From Botryllus schlosseri (Eukaryota), in assembly GCA_051294905.1 (NCBI GenBank), contig CM119372.1, positions 8,992,001-9,056,000 on the forward strand: DNA of 64,000 nt, written 5' to 3'. The translations under genes and the position numbers were made by a program. Below, piece after piece: positions 52,652 to 64,000 of this stretch. Positions within the stretch are counted from its first letter, which is position 1; every line of letters starts with the position of its first letter. Below the pieces are notes generated by a model. It worked only from the letters and a program-made list of their open reading frames with translations, did no database searches and was not told the DNA's origin.

Positions 52652-54203
52652 GGACATACACTTTCTACCCAAGAATGTAAGAAAGTATCCCTCGTTGCAC
52701 TACAACAAATTTTAACTATTTCTACCATAATACGTATTGTAACTGCTGGAATTCTTCATAGGGCCAGATTTCGTTAAAATACTACTTTGTTCAGTTCATG
52801 TAAAAAGTTGTCTGTTTCTAACCCAAAAATTTTTTTTCAGGCCAACTACTTCGTTAGAACACCCAGTTCCAACCAGAAATGAAAATAAGTGGTACAATTT
52901 CAACATTATGTGGGAAAACACCCAATTTGCATACGTTAGGTCAAAATTTGGTCAAAATTCAGTTTGTTTAGGTCAAAAAAAGTCCAAATTTTGATTTTTA
53001 GGTCAAAATTTTCCTTCTTTAGGTCAAAAAATCGCCCTATTGATTAGAATTGGCCCGGCTCATACTTACACACCGTGACGAATGGCAAATAGCAAGATTT
53101 TGATCGGCACGAATTTCCGAAAGAATATGTAAACGTTAAAGTTTGGAAAAATTGTATTGCCTGTAAAGATGTATAAACAGGAATTGTAAATTGGCAGCGT
53201 CTCGCTTACTTTCAAAATAATGTTGGACGTTAATAACTTCGAACAAGCCTAAACTGTTCAGTATTCACAAATGCAGTATCATTCATACTGTATACTTGTA
53301 TTTGCGCATGTGGAACAGTTTGACAAATTTTGGTCTCATAAAATATTCATCAGTAATGTGATGGCTTATTACTAAAGGAAAGATCAGTGCCGTGTCTCGT
53401 GCGGTGGGTGAGGCGATGATAAATATGAATGCTCAACTATATATACGTGACAATAAATTATACGATGGAATTTGCTCATTTTTGGTAAATATTGACATAA
53501 GTATTAATTATTTAATTATTGTTCCTCAAGCTAGTCCCTGTTCGATGAAAACGGACTATACCATTTGATTCCCTTAATACGTCTTAGTTATGCCATATCG
53601 GGAATAGAGAGGTAGCCTATATGTCATCGCGTCATCGGGTAGCGCATATTCCATTCAACTTCCTTACTTGAATACTTTGTTTTCGAATGATGAGTTCGGA
53701 TCAAAATACATCTTCAATGGAGCATCGTTAGAATGTTCGCTGTGATACCCACCCTTTTGTTCTTCGTTGGTTTGACCTAACCCAAGAATATGAAAAGATT
53801 ATAAATATAACTGAAGTAATGCTATTCCCGGTACCTGTATAGGCCTACAACGCAACCATGATACTATTTTGTATTCAACACGGGTAAGGAAATTAGTCGG
53901 CTCACAATAGTTTCGTGAACATCGAGAGCCGAGTGTTTTTAAGTTTACTATGATGATACAACGGGAAAAACCGAAACGGAATTCCAAGGATAGACCACAA
54001 TTGGATGCATCGATGCTAATAGATATAGTATCAATATCTGCTTGCAGTACCGTGACCGTACTTCTCATCAAAAGCCAGTCATTCAGTGACATATCGCTAC
54101 TTATCTCACATGCCAATAAAGTCCGCTGCTCATGTGTACTATGGAGATTTTATGCAAATTATATGCCAATTTCCGATGGATTATAGGGCTGTTCTGTATA
54201 CAG

Positions 54204-55001
54204 CAGTGATTCTTAAACTTTCAAGACCGCGACCCAAGTCTGAGTTTTAGTGGCATACCGCGACCCAGGACTCAAACATCAAAAATAATGCATTTTTAGT
54301 ATTATAGTATGCTAAGTATTTACGCGCAACGCATCTCTATGAAACATGTCTGACGCACGCGATTTAAAATTAAGACACATTACTTCCCTCTGTAGGTCGC
54401 ATTTGTACTGCATTTGTACGACTGTCTATACTCGCAATTCACGGACGGCACTATTCGGTGCCGACCATTTCGACGACCGCGGGCATATCAATGTCGAGGT
54501 TACATCCAATTTCGGCCAAGGTTTTATCGCCGCCGATCTTTTGGCACCGCACTTTGCCCAGCCGTATGTTAGTCAAAACAACGTGTTTAAGGGTTAACTT
54601 CGAAACATCTGTGTCTCATAGTCCCGCACCCGCTTGTTGTACAGTGCACATACACAGTGCACACCCTACAGTAAAGCGTCCCAACGGTCTCCGACGCTGT
54701 TTTCCAGAGAACCAATGCTGGACAAATCTTACCATGAATTGAAAGCAATTTGCGTAATATAAAGGACGGCACATTTTTATGATCAAATCATATTGCAGTG
54801 ACGATTTTCCACGTGACTCGCTTATTAGCGTACCCAACCCAGTGACTCAGACATGTACACTACACAACAAATAGGTTTAAGCGCGAAGAACCTTTTTTGT
54901 TGCAAGAAGTTCGACAAATATTGCATACATTTCAAAAGATCTCTGTTGGGGCGTCGACACACAAATTACACCGTTCGCGACCCATACTTTAAGAACACCT
55001 G
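54204..55001. mobile_element. hAT (Charlie-type) MITE
   Basis: CAGTGATTCTTAAA...CGCGACCCA at the left and CGCGACCCATACTTTAAGAACACCTG at the right. TSD GTATACAG / GTATGAAG (6/8). Confidence 0.65.
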
Positions 55002-55698
55002 GTATGAAGTGTTCATTTCATGGCGTGTGTGTCTCTGTGTGGGTGAGCACGCAGTGGTAAATCAGCAAATTGAGTTTTCCAGGCCCGCCCTCTGCAGGGT
55101 GTCGCCATTATAAGCAAACTTGATGTATTCTGACATATGTCAAACCAGCAGGAATATTCTTCGATGGTGACCTGCAATCTAATATATTCTCGTATGCGGC
55201 TATAAATGCATACAATCTAACATTTTCCTAAGTTGCTGTTTACTCTTTAACGACACGGCACTAAGGCTGCAAGTAAAATGCTCGTAGTTAAATTGCAGAT
55301 TCCGAGTCGACAAATGAGATTGTAGGCTATGCTTCTCAATTTGATTCTAATCTTCACCATATCAATGAATTTGGTATTCACGACTCAGCATTTATAGCCG
55401 CTATTACATCACGAGGTATCCGCTGAAATGCCACTGTGTGAAACTCCGTCAACTGATTCAAGAAAAGTGAGTTTGATGCAATACGATTAAATATTTATTC
55501 ATCCCTTTCCCTCCACCGAGAACATATTTGATAATGACAGCAGTCTATTTTCGGTCATATCAACTTTTACCCGGGTGAAGGAGCTGATCGAGTCGAGTGC
55601 GCATCTAATTACCAGGAAGTATTACCCACGAATTTGATCCCTACAATCGATATTTAATTGTGAAGTCACAAAAGCGACAGCGAGATTACGTTCTATAG

Positions 55699-56521
55699 CA
55701 GGGGCGGGCAACATACGGCCCGCGAAAGGATTTTGTCCGGCCCGCGGACTGTTTTCCGTCTTTTATGATAATGTGGCCCGCGACCTCAGTCTGCCGAGAT
55801 TCCCCACAACTTGCTTACTAGGTCCAATTTTAGTGACTGTATTAAATTTTTAAGGGGTATGCGCAGGGTGCGAGAGTAAGTTCGTCGAAGCGAGAAGACT
55901 TACATTATCGGCATTTACGATGTACACAACCCTAATGTCGTTTGTGGTAATCATGGTGTTTGTCGACTACACTGGTCATTTACACCAGGCTGATATTTCT
56001 TTTTGATTTCGTACCTGCCGACATGTAGCACGGCACACTTCTAGGCTTTTGTGAGACACCGCTTATGCCAGTGGTTGCCAACTCAAAACGGGCCACTATT
56101 CAAATTTCGTAGAGCACGCAGGCCGCATGAATTCAATATCGAGATTAATTAGGCCATACAGTTGAACAACGACGCTATCTCGTCACCTACTCAACCCTAA
56201 CGAATTGATTTCTTTGTAAATTTGGCGTACTGGACTTATCGAACGCCTTGAAATCTTAATTAAGGATTGCACCGTGTGTTGATTGATCAGAGAGAACCAG
56301 ACATGATATCGCCTGTATTCTCAAATCCACATTGTCCTCGTCATTGTCGGCTAAAAATGGCGGTGAAGTGACGTTGCTGTCGTTAAAATACATTCATTAA
56401 ATACGATTTATTCGTTGTATATGTGGATAAATGGGTGAATAAATCGATTCAGCAATCAGGCCCGCCAAGTACTTAATTTTCCTATATCCGGCCCGCCGAC
56501 TGGAGAAGTTGCCCGCCCCTG
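55699..56521. mobile_element. hAT (Charlie-type) MITE
   Basis: TIRs CAGGGGCGGGCAAC / GTTGCCCGCCCCTG, perfect TSD TTCTATAG, GGCCCGC subterminal repeats. Confidence 0.88.
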
Positions 56522-56536
56522 TTCTATAGGCTAAGC

Positions 56537-57086
56537 CAGTTGTTCCCAAACTTTTTCGGCGCGTGGCACACTAGAAAAATTATAAATTGCTCACGGCACA
56601 CTTGCAAGAAAGTTGTATAAAAAATCTCGGTATTCACGTGTTGATGCGATGGCTGTGCTTGTTTATAAAAAAACATATATTTGACTGAAACGATATTCAA
56701 TTGTTGACAAATATACCCGCATTTCGTCGTTTTCCAACCAGTGACTCTCATATCGTTGAAGTATGAGTTGAATTCCAGACAATGTTGTCATGATTTACGT
56801 TACGATTCCTTGTTTATGAGTTGATTTGAAACGAATCAAAGTATTTTTCATCCAGACTTAGCAGTCCAATTCTGATGTGGACATTACCCTATTCATCGGC
56901 AATGCCATGATTCGTTTCGTGGACATATGGTCACATGTGCTTATTTATCAGCCTGCTAAAAGTTAGGCTGATTTAATTCGCATCTGCTTGTGTGTTATTA
57001 CAAAATCCTAGAAAGAATCGCGGCAGACATGAAAATCTGTGATGGCACTCTCTTATATGCCGCGACCAACAGTTTGGGAATCACTG
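56537..57086. mobile_element. hAT (Charlie-type) MITE
   Basis: TIRs CAGTTGTTCCCAAACT / AGTTTGGGAATCACTG and a perfect TSD GGCTAAGC. Confidence 0.85.
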
Positions 57087-57220
57087 GGCTAAGCAATACC
57101 TTAATACCAATTGCATCAGGGATATCCAGATATCTCTGCAATTACATATGCGGTAGTTCAGCTTAATTAAGCATATCGGATATACCAACTACTGTAAATA
57201 TTTACAAATATATGTTTTTA

Positions 57221-57709
57221 CCTTCCTTCGAATTGACATTGTCGATTGGTTGATTCGCTTTACTGTCCGTGGATCCTGACTGGACGTTGTGATAGGAGTC
57301 AATAGGTCTTGCGGTAATATCTTTCCTCTCGTTTTGGTAACAGACCGAACTAAGATCTTGTCCCTCGTTGCTAGGTATCTTCTCCCAACTGTCGGAAGAC
57401 ATTCTGTCGGGCCCAGAGTCTTGCGATGTTTCTAGAAACATATATGCCGTTACTTCACAGATTTCTAATGCCTGAATTGCTCCGACGAATTGCGCTGGAT
57501 TGTCAAAAATAATTTTATCAAAAAAATTGTTCTTGCCATTTTTGCTCTATTCAATTCAGCGAAACTGTATTTATATGCGACTGCAGTCGGACTCACCTGT
57601 AATAATAAAACCGACAAGAAGATATCACAACTTTTTGCCCAGTGGCGAGCTATACAATAGTGTACACACTGTACATGATGTGAGATTCCGATTGGCAAGG
57701 ATTGAGTTC
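57221..57709 (-). CDS. Putative internal exons of an unidentified minus-strand gene
   Basis: Two phase-compatible exons (~57709-57598 and ~57548-57221) read TQSLPIGISHH...LSVLLLQ|SKNGKNNFFDKIIFDNPAQFVGAIQALEICEV...VNSKE, with canonical splice sites. Confidence 0.4.
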
Positions 57710-58069
57710 TAGGTAATCCGGGTGGGGATATCTAATTTTATGAGATGTACAAACATGCATACTGTCAAATTATGTAGCTAGTGCAATAATCCACAAAACA
57801 AATTGAAACCCAAATTCAAAGGAATGACAAACGAGCCAGATAGAGCAATAACGCAATCGCGGGCGGCATATAGACTTTCTAGTATTCGCAACGCGCAGAT
57901 TGACCAGATGTAGTCAAATATATATATATATATATATAATATTCATGTGCCAAATCAGCACGTGGATATTTTCGTGATCGTGATTTTCGAATCTCTTGGA
58001 TATCGACTTTTCAATTAAATAAAGAGGTCAAAAGAAAACAGGAAACAAAAGAACGTCGAGAGAATCAGT

Positions 58070-58335
58070 TTTGGGCTCGTGTTAACCGCCTTCAGCTTAG
58101 GCGGTCGTGGGCGTCTTCAGGCGACAGTCCGCGTTGCGCTTAATCAGTCTGCATTGTCGAGCGCCATGTTGTTATATTCCAGCCACCTCTGCGCCATGGT
58201 TCCGTGGGTATATGGTTGATGATGGCGGCGGCTGGTTGCTCGTCTTGATGCCGCACTAGATGACCGATTAGGCGGAAGCGCCGTTCAGCTGCCAGCAAAC
58301 GTCATGAGACCGTTCCTGTGAGTTCGCGCGTTGCA
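58070..58335 (-). mobile_element. RTE-clade LINE 3' fragment (decayed)
   Basis: Translation with stops, ERRFRLIGHLVRHQDEQPA...WRRGGWNITTW...GLSPEDAHDRLS*RRLTRA, fits the typical RTE ORF C-terminus (RRLRxxGHxxR...DAxDRxxWR). Confidence 0.72.
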
Positions 58336-60939
58336 GTGTAGACCACGTGAGCTTATAGCTCAAACGTACGGGAATCGGGAATTCATTACGCGGACCGCAC
58401 ACCATTTAAAATTGGGTCGCACAATATTCTTCTTCGGGTCTCACGTTGTACGTTCCTTCCATTCCATAAATCATAGCATTGGGCAAGGTCTCTCGAAATG
58501 GCACAATCATAAACAGCGATCAAGTAGGCCTATGTCACTGTCTTGTGATCGAAGTGTGTGTACTGTGCATCACTATGCCCTTTCATATAAAACTGATGTG
58601 TCCTGTGGATTTACTTACGATTGGAGAATTGCGATAGAATGGAACGTAAATCGGAAATTGCATTAGGTCGACGTCTGGCTGATATTGTAAACGAAGGAAG
58701 ACATGACTATGTACACAGCAGACTTTATACATAATAACATGAAATGATCTTTCCGATGGAACAAATAATCGTATAATATTTACCTGCAGAATCGGTCGAA
58801 TTGTTTCCTTTCGTTTTTCGATCCATGTTCTATACGAAACTTGCTGAGCACAGATTACTCCGCATACTCCCGCACAACAGATCCTTCAAGTAATTTCTAC
58901 TCGCGATCAGCTCTCCAAATCAATATGAAGATACGAATTTTTCAGTCGATACGTCTCCGCTGATGTTTCTACACTTCCATCATTTGTGAAGGGTATAATG
59001 AGCCAGATCGATTTGAATGGTGTATAGAAATCAATACTCATTATGACATGATTTATGAAAAGGGAATGACATCCCGACTTGACATCCGTGAATACAAAAA
59101 AAGCGGAGCATTGCTAACAAATCCAGAAAGCATCGATCGATATTCACTCATATCATACCATGTGATTTTAGACTATCTCACACAAGTTGGGAAAAAGAAT
59201 TTGTCATATGGTCACTATGGTTAAAAGTTACAAGCTACATACTTACAATTTAATGCTAGTCATTTAAGTTGGAACAGTACTCTGCTGTCCTCTACTAATT
59301 CGGTTGGAATTCGGAAGTACCATACCACATGAGCCTATATACTTTTTCACATCTGCACTAAATTGCTTATATCATGTCGGACCACTGCATCGATTGGGGA
59401 TTGACCTTCCCACAAATATTTGCCCTCCCAAAACGTTGTCTATAGCTTAAGGAATGTTTCAATAAATGCGTCGACTTATCTGATACGGACTGAATATAAC
59501 CTGCTTCTGTGTAACTATATGAAGGCGTAGACAACCAAAATCCGGATTGATTCTAAAAGTATGCATGAAGTTAAGAACGCTATATAGTTTATCATTAGCG
59601 TTCGTAGCATCGATTTACTTCATTAAACCATGAAATCTTCGATTTTAAGGACACAAGTAACATCGGTTATTCTCCGCAGTCAGATCGCGAACCAAGATCG
59701 CAGCCTACTTTAGCGTAATTGTGATCCATTCTGATAATATACCTGAACTTCATATTATATAAGTTAAAATAGGCTATTGGCTTATACGATTTGATAAGAT
59801 ATGTAACCTATCTGCCAGATTCCCGTGAGACCACCGTTAATAAGGTAACGCATATCGACCCATCAGATTGTCAGCATCATTAGGAAACACTGCATCAGAT
59901 TTCATAAAAGTCGTATATAGATTAATGATGAAAATAGTTATTTTGATAAGAGACTTTCAGATCACTAAATGGTCCAAATTTTTTTGAGCCGGTTCCATCT
60001 CAAAACTTTTTTTTTTCAGTCGACTCTGTTATCTAAATGGATTTACTGTAACCAGTAATGCTAACCGATTCGTTGATCTCATGAAATTTATTTAGACAGT
60101 TCTACAGAGCCGGTGCGAAACTGCTGAATCCGACCGCCGGTCCTGATCCGCTCCCCAATATCAGCTTTGTTACCTTGGGAATCCTCCTAACCAATTTGTG
60201 AAGTACATCTGATTAAATCTGTTCACATAAACTCAATTGCGTGTAGCTAATATTTACATATACGTAATGACTGCGTCTCTGTATTCATGAGACGCGCCGA
60301 CGATAGAACAGTATAAAGTAACTATAGGCTACTATGTAGGTTGAGGAGCACCCGCGCAGAATCACCTCTCTACCGAGACTATATGTTGTGATGAATTCTG
60401 AAAACGATCTTCTGTCAAGGTGGTGTTCGCAACTCCGCTAATCCTTGTACGCTCAAATTTTCTGGATGAAGAAGCCAACGTATAGCTTCATGAATAATTT
60501 AAAGAACTAACATAAACTCGATGTGCTTTCGAATTCAGGATAGAGCTGAGTGACGACAAACGTACTGCGCATTTAAACACAAATAGGCTTTTCAGCCACA
60601 ACACTCATTTCGAGACTCACGCAATGAGGGATACTGTGATGTGGTCGAAATGGGGAGTTTCTCGTTTTTAACGCTTCTACTTCGACGGCAGAGCTGGATG
60701 CCCTGACAAGTGACCAAATGCCTAAAATCCATGAGTGGTCGGCCCAGAACAACCTTTGCATAAACGCCTCGAAATCCCAATTGCTGACTGTCAATTCAAA
60801 AATAACCTAACCGTTAATGTCGCTGCATATTTTGGTGTTGCATGGTATTCCTGATGGCTTTGTAGTCTGGTTGATAATTGTTGTTCATACAAAATTTGAG
60901 ACTTTCTTCAGTTATACGAGATCTTAGGTTCGTCTTGAT

Positions 60940-61145
60940 TAGTGGTTCCCAACCATTTATCCGAATTGACTCCAATATAGCCGTTTTAACGCGTCGTCGA
61001 CCCCTATCGCCCCTTCGCTATTTTCGCCCCCCTGTCGCCCCCTTTGTCCATTTTCGCCCCCCTATCGCCCCCTTCGTCATTTTCGCCCCCCTAGGCCGCC
61101 AAATCGCCCCCTGGGGGGCGATATCGCCCACGTTGGGAACCACTG
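60940..61145. mobile_element. Short hAT MITE with TCGCCCCC repeats
   Basis: TIRs TAGTGGTTCCCAAC / GTTGGGAACCACTG and a perfect TSD GTCTTGAT. Confidence 0.88.
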
Positions 61146-61988
61146 GTCTTGATGGAGCCAAACATGGTCAGTTGGTTACTATACAGCAGTATACATACCC
61201 ACTGTAATGTGTGATGTGTCAGTGACGTGGGGTCAGGGGAGGCAAGTGACTCAGCGCCTCATCTGCCTTCCAGATTTCGAAAATTTTTACTACCAAATTG
61301 TTCGAAAATACAGCGCGAAAGGAGAGGTAACGCATATGTGAGGCACGCCCGGGTCATGCCTTTCCTTACCTGTGATGGCGCAATTCGTCGTAAATTTCTT
61401 AAAACTTATAATCAGTGATATTAATCGAATGTAATTGTCGCGCTGATTCCGATTCGATATCTCAATTCGGCGGTATCATAACGTTGCGCCGCACGCCTAT
61501 ATTTTAACAGCGACTACAAAGCTACGTTATCAATCAATAACGTGGATGGCTATGGCGTTGCTTGTAATTTGAACTTGTAATTGTGAATGTCTCTTCCACA
61601 GTTCATTTCTCGCGGTAGATCAGGAAGAAAATGTGTATTTGAAAACGCGCCATGTTTCCTGATTAATCAACGTATCGTGCAATCCAAGATTTCGTGACAG
61701 GTATATCGAAATCCGGTGTTATATTGGTCGCTGGTGATACAGTAGCTTAAATTTGAGGATTTTGAAAAGAGGGTCCGAGCCCCAAACCTATAATACGCAA
61801 CTGTCTAAACTTCTCATGGACATGTTTATCCTACCACAAGAACAATTATACTGGTGGTGCTGAAGATTTAATAACAAGTCGCTGCAGTTTTGATGAATTA
61901 AGCACAAAATCAAAAATTTCGAAAAGAGCCATATCTTATGCCCAAAAGAGCCATAGCTGGCTCGCGAACCATAGGCTCCCGACCACTG

Positions 61989-62125
61989 GCCTATGCCAAG
62001 GTGGGTGTCTGATTCCATAGACTATTCCAAGTCGCTTCGACATCTTCCTGTCTTGTCATTGTATCGCATTTTTGTGGTGTATTGAACTGATAAAATTGCT
62101 AATAAACCAATGATGATGATGATCA
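61989..62125 (+). mobile_element. LINE 3'-UTR fragment, same family as 10735-10864
   Basis: GGTGGGTGTCTGAT...CATCTTCCTGTC...CATTGTATCGCA...AATAAACCAA(TGA)n. Confidence 0.7.
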
Positions 62126-64000
62126 ATGATACTTAAACGAAAATCCAATCCACATATTCGGCCAACATGCGTCTATATTGTTGCGTCATGGTTATTTCGC
62201 AGCCGATATTTTTGACGCGGAGTCACATGTTGGCAGAAACTTTCTATGTCGTTACGTGCGCTTCAAGGTGGAAATGCTCGGCGCCGAACTTCCGGTTCCC
62301 ATCGTCCCGCACTAGTATGTTGTATACCAATAGACTGAAGTATCCCAACTGTGTCAAGTGTATATTTTTAACCGTTTCGCACCGGCGTGTCTATTTTTCG
62401 ACATGCCGGTACGAGAGAAGAGTGCCGTAATTGAAACCACGATATATTACATATTAATCGTGCTAAGTCGTTGCTGTTCATTTCTGTGAATAGATATTGT
62501 TCGTACAAGTTCATTGATACCTTGTTATTTGATATTTATTATATCGAAGACGTCAAAATCGTATATCAAACACCGTAGATAAATATGTTGTAAAATACAC
62601 TGTGTCGGCAATTCGCGCGTCATTGACCACTCTCAGATAACGTTCTGTGTGTTTCGCTCTAGCCGTCTTCGGGCATAGTTGTTTCATTATATCAATAGCT
62701 AGTGTCCATACAAGTCCACACATATCTTCATATCTGATATTAGTTACATCTAAGCTGATCAAAAGCTATGTGATAGGCCGCGTGACAAAAATATCCGCCG
62801 AGGCATCATTTCGCAGACACGCGCGTTCCTCATGCCCACCATATACACTGTCGTTTAGTTGGTTTTATTCGTCAAAACCAGCTTTAGTTTGTTGCTATGA
62901 ATAGCGATTGTCAGTTTCTGTTTATATTGTGCTAAAGCAACTATACTAGTTAGTTCTATACCGCTCAAGGTTTCATTTGAAAACCGGGAAGCGAATTCTG
63001 TCAGACTACCGTACCAGCCTCAAGCACATGGCTGAATACCCGTCACATAACGTGAAATATATCGTGTTCTAATAGGCATACACCTTCCTAGATTGTGTCT
63101 GTGAATTGTTGTTGTCTATATGATTCTAAATAACGGCTAATGGTAAAGTATAATTCGGAATACATACAATATTACCCAGCGATTATACCTACGCAAAAAC
63201 GTGCGTCTGGGTATACAAAGAGCTGTCGTACATCGATATATATCTTACGTTGTAGTAATGATAAGCATTTGCAGTAAATCATTATGGTAAGGACTGTAAA
63301 TATCCGTCTACGAATACTAAAATGACTAATATAGGGTCACAATAGTTTGAGTTATAAGCCTTAGAAGTTACCATACGCGCGCGCATGACTATAGCCATGA
63401 CTCACTCTCTCGGCGGCCTGCCGCGAGCTGACTAAAACGGTCGGTATTGTTTCGATTAGAGATTAGCGCCTGCTAGACGTAGACCGTCGACTCAGGGCTC
63501 TCTAGCTAGAACGATGAATTCTGAGCCTGTACAATACACCAGACTGTATGGTCGTCGAATACCTATACTTAGGTTCATAAGGTCCGCAATTTAGCATTTC
63601 TGCTTCCAAGCAACGTTTTCTCGGCTTGCTCTGGATATAAGTGGCCAGACACAGAGCTCGAAATGATTCGAGTGGCGCAATCGGATCCGCGTTGAAATTC
63701 TGAATCGAACGCTACCTTGTTCACCGTGCTCCAATCCCATTAAGGCACAGTTTTTCGATTTTGAAAATTGAAGTAAAATTTTTCGAAAATTGCAGCCGTT
63801 GCCATTCGGTTAAATGCCTGCAGTCGGATCTCGCCAGTTCGCCCCATATTTTTGTTGTTAGACGGCCCCCACCATCACCAAGTATTGTGTTGTTTTGGTG
63901 GGGGTCTTTTTTCCATGTTTCATGTTCTTCTGGAGAACTGGCCCCGTCCTCTCCTTTCCTTATTCCTTATAATATCGCATTTAATGTATGTGATTTCGCT

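Larger units (their letters stand above)
48691..53040 (+). mobile_element. Internally deleted hAT-like element (CGGBP1/hAT19-like), host of a nested hAT
   Basis: 15-bp TIRs ATAGGGCGATTTTTT / AAAAAATCGCCCTAT, GTCAAAA subterminal repeats at both ends, and TTGATTA in both flanks. The coding remnant ...CPSTTAAVERSFSILGKLLSKD|IHFLPKNVRKYPSLHYNKF* is split by the inner insertion. Confidence 0.75.

Noticed and set aside
60380..62900. Possible minus-strand exons near 60600-60790 and 62200-62760
   Set aside because: Splice phases could not be reconciled and no homology was recognised.

Overview
Eukaryotic, intron-rich genomic DNA from an animal, probably an invertebrate: many GT-AG introns of about 60-125 bp and a dense load of transposons. 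Three genes are recognisable. (1) A cation-dependent mannose-6-phosphate receptor with an intronless CDS (M6PR, - strand, 13268-14089). (2) A multi-exon INO80D-like gene (+, 24336-36232). (3) A 6-exon SLC35G/EamA-type transporter (-, 44225-46893). An unassigned multi-exon gene occupies about 650-6400 (+), and weaker exon candidates lie near 16-20 kb, 21-22.7 kb and 53-59 kb. Repeats include many hAT MITEs with 8-bp TSDs, a pogo-like element, a MetaSINE, L2/CR1-group and RTE LINE 3' ends, and a recurrent palindromic family. An internally deleted hAT transposase element sits inside the coding remnant of a second hAT-like element. The most unusual feature is a 928-bp Gypsy-derived element (3994-4921, TSD GTGAT). 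It has three apparently identical LTR copies, one inverted, opposing polypurine tracts, no visible primer-binding site, and a 297-bp fold-back. Exon boundaries and homologies were inferred by eye and not by database search.
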